From Takakia lepidozioides (Eukaryota; Plantae; Bryophyta): a stretch of DNA of 64,000 bases. A program made the position numbers and the translations under genes. The notes under the pieces are model-generated. The model ran no database searches, was not told where the DNA came from, and was given only the letters and a program-made list of their open reading frames with translations. Within the stretch, counting starts at the first letter, position 1. Every line of letters starts with the position of its first letter. The stretch covers positions 78,926,001 through 78,990,000 of the forward strand of contig CM060731.1 in the NCBI GenBank assembly GCA_030704615.1. Direction: 5' to 3'. Below, piece after piece: positions 62,001-64,000 of the stretch.

Positions 62001-63146
62001 ATGCAGGAAGGGGTGAAGCCTAACCAGGTCACATTTGTTTGCATTTGCATCGCATGTGCCAGCCTGGCAGCACTGGAAAAGGGCAAGGACATCCATGCTG
62101 ACCTTATGAAAGCTGGAATTGTGCCAAATATCATCTTGGACACTGCCCTAGTGGACATGTATGCCAAATGCGGGAGCATCGATGATGCAAAGGGAGTGTT
62201 TGACAATATGGCTGAACGAAATGTGGTGTCATGGAATGCGATGATCGCAGGACATACCCAGCATGGTGGTCATAGGAAGGCCCTGCAACTATTTGAAGAA
62301 ATGCAAAAGGTAGGCTTGAAGCCAGACCGTATCAGTTTTATATGTGTGCTCTCTGCATGTAGCCATGGTGGCCTAGTGGATGAAGGCAGACACTACTTTG
62401 ATTCCCTGAGTGACTATCATGGCCTCACTCCTACCACGGAGCACTTTGGCTGCATGGTGGACCTTCTTGGCCGTGCGGGGCAATTGGATGAGGCAGAAGA
62501 CTTCCTGAACAAAATTCCAATCAAGCCAAATGCTGGGGTGTGGAAAGCCTTGCTTGGTGCCTGCAGAATTCATGGCCATGTGGAGGTGGCAGAACGTGCA
62601 GCAAAATCTATCCTCAAGTGGGATCGACAGGACGCCGCAGCGTATGTGTTGCTATCAAACATATACGCTGCAGCTGGCAGGTGGGATGATACTGCAAAGG
62701 TGAGAAAAATGATGAAGGTCAGAGGTGTCAGAAAGGAGCCAGGTCGCAGCTGCATTGAGGTTGGCAATGGGGTTCACACCTTCATGGTAGATGACAAATT
62801 GCATCCACAAATTGAGGAAATCCATGGTGAGCTGAGAAGATTGTCTGGGCAGATGAAGGAGGTAGGGTATTTGCCTGACACACGCTTTGCGTTGCACAAT
62901 ATGGAGGGGGAGCAAAAGGTATTCTCTCTGTGCCACCACAGTGAGAAGCTGGCCATTGCTTTTGGGCTGATCAGCACAGCCCCTGGGATGCCTCTCCGTG
63001 TCATCAAGAACCTTCGGGTGTGTGGTGACTGCCACACTGCCACCAAGTTTATCTCAAAGCTTGTGGGCCGAGCAATAGTCGTACGGGATGCAAACCGCTT
63101 TCACCACTTCGAAGATGGGATCTGTTCTTGTGGGGAGTACTGGTGA
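59010..63146 (+). CDS. 4x PDF-like repeat + PLS-PPR (23 motifs) + E + DYW(EYW) deaminase (PPR-E), single 1378-aa ORF
   Basis: Ser/Arg/Ala-rich N-terminus (targeting-peptide-like), four repeats such as LWNEYFSNHSQGWESWGQKIHPREPDFKHQSTSEGL, seven 101-aa L-S-P triplets, KEPGRSCIEV, HSEKLA, CGDCH and CSCGEYW. Confidence 0.92.
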   Translation: MARRASSTCSTASSGCPLKHSRRYAACRIDPVGRANANRCGLYTLFATFVHFSNNIALRFASNTFKPIAVQWAIVEEDQVHGQGGNKQGARISKYAKCQNTEPSNVHFAHPSHWRDNGGRKMHPRRADFRYIQEPWIESYKKHAWVDGELEKLDAARAKYAKTGSTDKEKLWNEYFSNHSQGWESWGQKIHPREPDFKHQSTSEGLCTDSYIGRAKYPKTENRVEQKLSKEYFSNLTQRGHNQDSKMLSRGACFKHKSTTERLWMVSYKKPLQLYGELEKLLNAARVDHPNFVDRDDYDLPKDYLSKPVQLWDSRARKIHPRGPDLMHKTTNKGLWIDSNKKPLLIDGQAKAVVAQLCVSGTPTMTTSFEICGYFRTLSKAGQLKRALQILNQGGILADSKTYAYLLQECIKMRSLAEGKQVHAHIIRTGFKPDIFLHNALVNMHAKCGSIVDARLVFDKMPERSLITWNTMIAGYAKQGYCREAFETYEQMMREGVTPNQVTFICILKACASLAALEKGKEVHADIMDFGIVPNITLETTLVDMYAKCGSIVDAKGVFNNMAERNVVSWNAMITGYAQQGRGMEALETYEQMMLEGVKPNQVTFVCVCNACASLAALQKGKEVHADIWKTGIISDIILDNTLVDMYAKCGSIEDAKGVFDNMAKRNVVSWNAMITGYTQCGCGTEALGTYEQMKREGMTPDQVTFVCVLKACASLGDQEKGKGIHADLMKAGIVPDIILDTALMDMYGKCGSIEDAKTVFENMAERNVVSWNAMIRGYTQHGDGMVALETYQQMMQEGVKPNQVTFVCVCNACASLAALEKGKKVHADILKAGIVPDTILDNSLVDMYAKCGSIEDAKRVFEYMAERDVVSWNAMITGYAQRGCGVKALATYEQMKREGVEPDQVTFVSVCNACASLAALVKGKAVHMDIMKSGIVPNNILENTLVDMYGKCGSIEDAKGVFDNIVERDVVSWNAMIAGYAQHGSGLEALETYEQMMQEGVKPNQVTFVCICIACASLAALEKGKDIHADLMKAGIVPNIILDTALVDMYAKCGSIDDAKGVFDNMAERNVVSWNAMIAGHTQHGGHRKALQLFEEMQKVGLKPDRISFICVLSACSHGGLVDEGRHYFDSLSDYHGLTPTTEHFGCMVDLLGRAGQLDEAEDFLNKIPIKPNAGVWKALLGACRIHGHVEVAERAAKSILKWDRQDAAAYVLLSNIYAAAGRWDDTAKVRKMMKVRGVRKEPGRSCIEVGNGVHTFMVDDKLHPQIEEIHGELRRLSGQMKEVGYLPDTRFALHNMEGEQKVFSLCHHSEKLAIAFGLISTAPGMPLRVIKNLRVCGDCHTATKFISKLVGRAIVVRDANRFHHFEDGICSCGEYW

Positions 63147-64000
63147 AACAATGAGTTTCTTCTAAGGTTCACTCTCCAAATCTCTGCAGCTGCTCGGTTC
63201 GTTCACAAATTCGTTTCCTCTTTGCTCAAAGGTAGACTCCCTGACTTTAAATTTCAGTCTATTGCTGGCCATTCACTTCATCCTTAAGGTCCTCACCCCT
63301 GGAAACAGATTCAGGGAGGTTTTATGCCTAACTTCATTTTCTTCAGACATTCTATGTGCTTGCAACATGAACTTAATTACTTCAGCCGCCAACTTAGCTT
63401 CATCTAGCAGAGTTCTTCCTGCCTAATATTCAAAATCTCCTCTACCCTTTTCCGCCAGCATATTGTAAGAATTTACTGTGGTTTCCGAACTCCATGCTAA
63501 GCAACCAAACCTTACGTACAAGGTTAGGAGAAGAAATCATGAGACATTTCGCCGTAGCCTTATGGCAGTAGACCCTGAGAGACAGATAGACAGACAGACA
63601 GAGTTCTTACATTTCTGCACCGACGGGGTGCTGGGCAAGTGTTCTGTGCAGGGGTGCTCGTGGCATGTTCTACACCCTGGGAAGACAGGTATGTGTATCA
63701 TTTGCTATACCCTGATTTCATATTAATTTTTATGTTATCACCCCTCCAAGTATTTTGTGACTTAGAGACCTGTCTAACTACTGAAGCTCATATTAGTCCC
63801 TCTTTGTTCTCACACAGCCCATCCCCAATGCTACTTCTGTCCTCACATCTTCATCTCTCCGCTCGAACTAGCTGGTACGAGAAAGAAATGCTGCATATCT
63901 ATGTTGACTAGGTTTCACTCTATTGAGTTGATCGACCTGTTGTTGCTTTTTGAATGGAGGTTGTATACATTCAGTACTTGTTTATTTATCATGCGAGCAC

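Noticed and set aside
5509-63146. U-to-C (KP-type) DYW editors
   Set aside because: All intact domains have HSE and PG/TG boxes with DYW/EYW ends, consistent with the C-to-U type.

Overview
Intron-rich eukaryotic nuclear DNA from a land plant. The long, regular PLS-type PPR arrays suggest an early-diverging, moss-like lineage, but that is inference. Housekeeping genes: two inverted RabF2/Rab5 paralogs (479-3510 +, 20687-23791 -) and a 13-exon chorismate synthase (25569-30732 +). There are five DYW-type PPR loci (four intact, one decayed), four of them in two head-to-head pairs, plus two F-box genes from an inverted segmental duplication and LINE remnants. A 14.6-kb hAT element (17-bp TIRs, 8-bp TSD GTATTATC, empty site visible in the duplicate copy) carries captured clathrin and DCC1-like exons and a nested 8-kb element. 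Two main candidates for novelty. (1) Hand splicing joins the PPR-DYW deaminase ORFs in frame to N-terminal 'PDF' motifs (W-x-x-FF-x-x-P-x-x-WWDNR-x-x-K-x-x-P-x-x-PDF-x-HK-x-T-x-E-x-LW), the ssDNA-binding module of plant OSB proteins. Three loci have one intron-split copy, one has four intronless copies, and one has lost it. (2) The nested element pairs a ParB/Srx-like (WDGNHR) gene with an adjacent ~2-kb array of ~116-bp units, each containing a 16-4-16 palindrome, a layout reminiscent of parS/ParB. All domain calls are by eye, with no database search.
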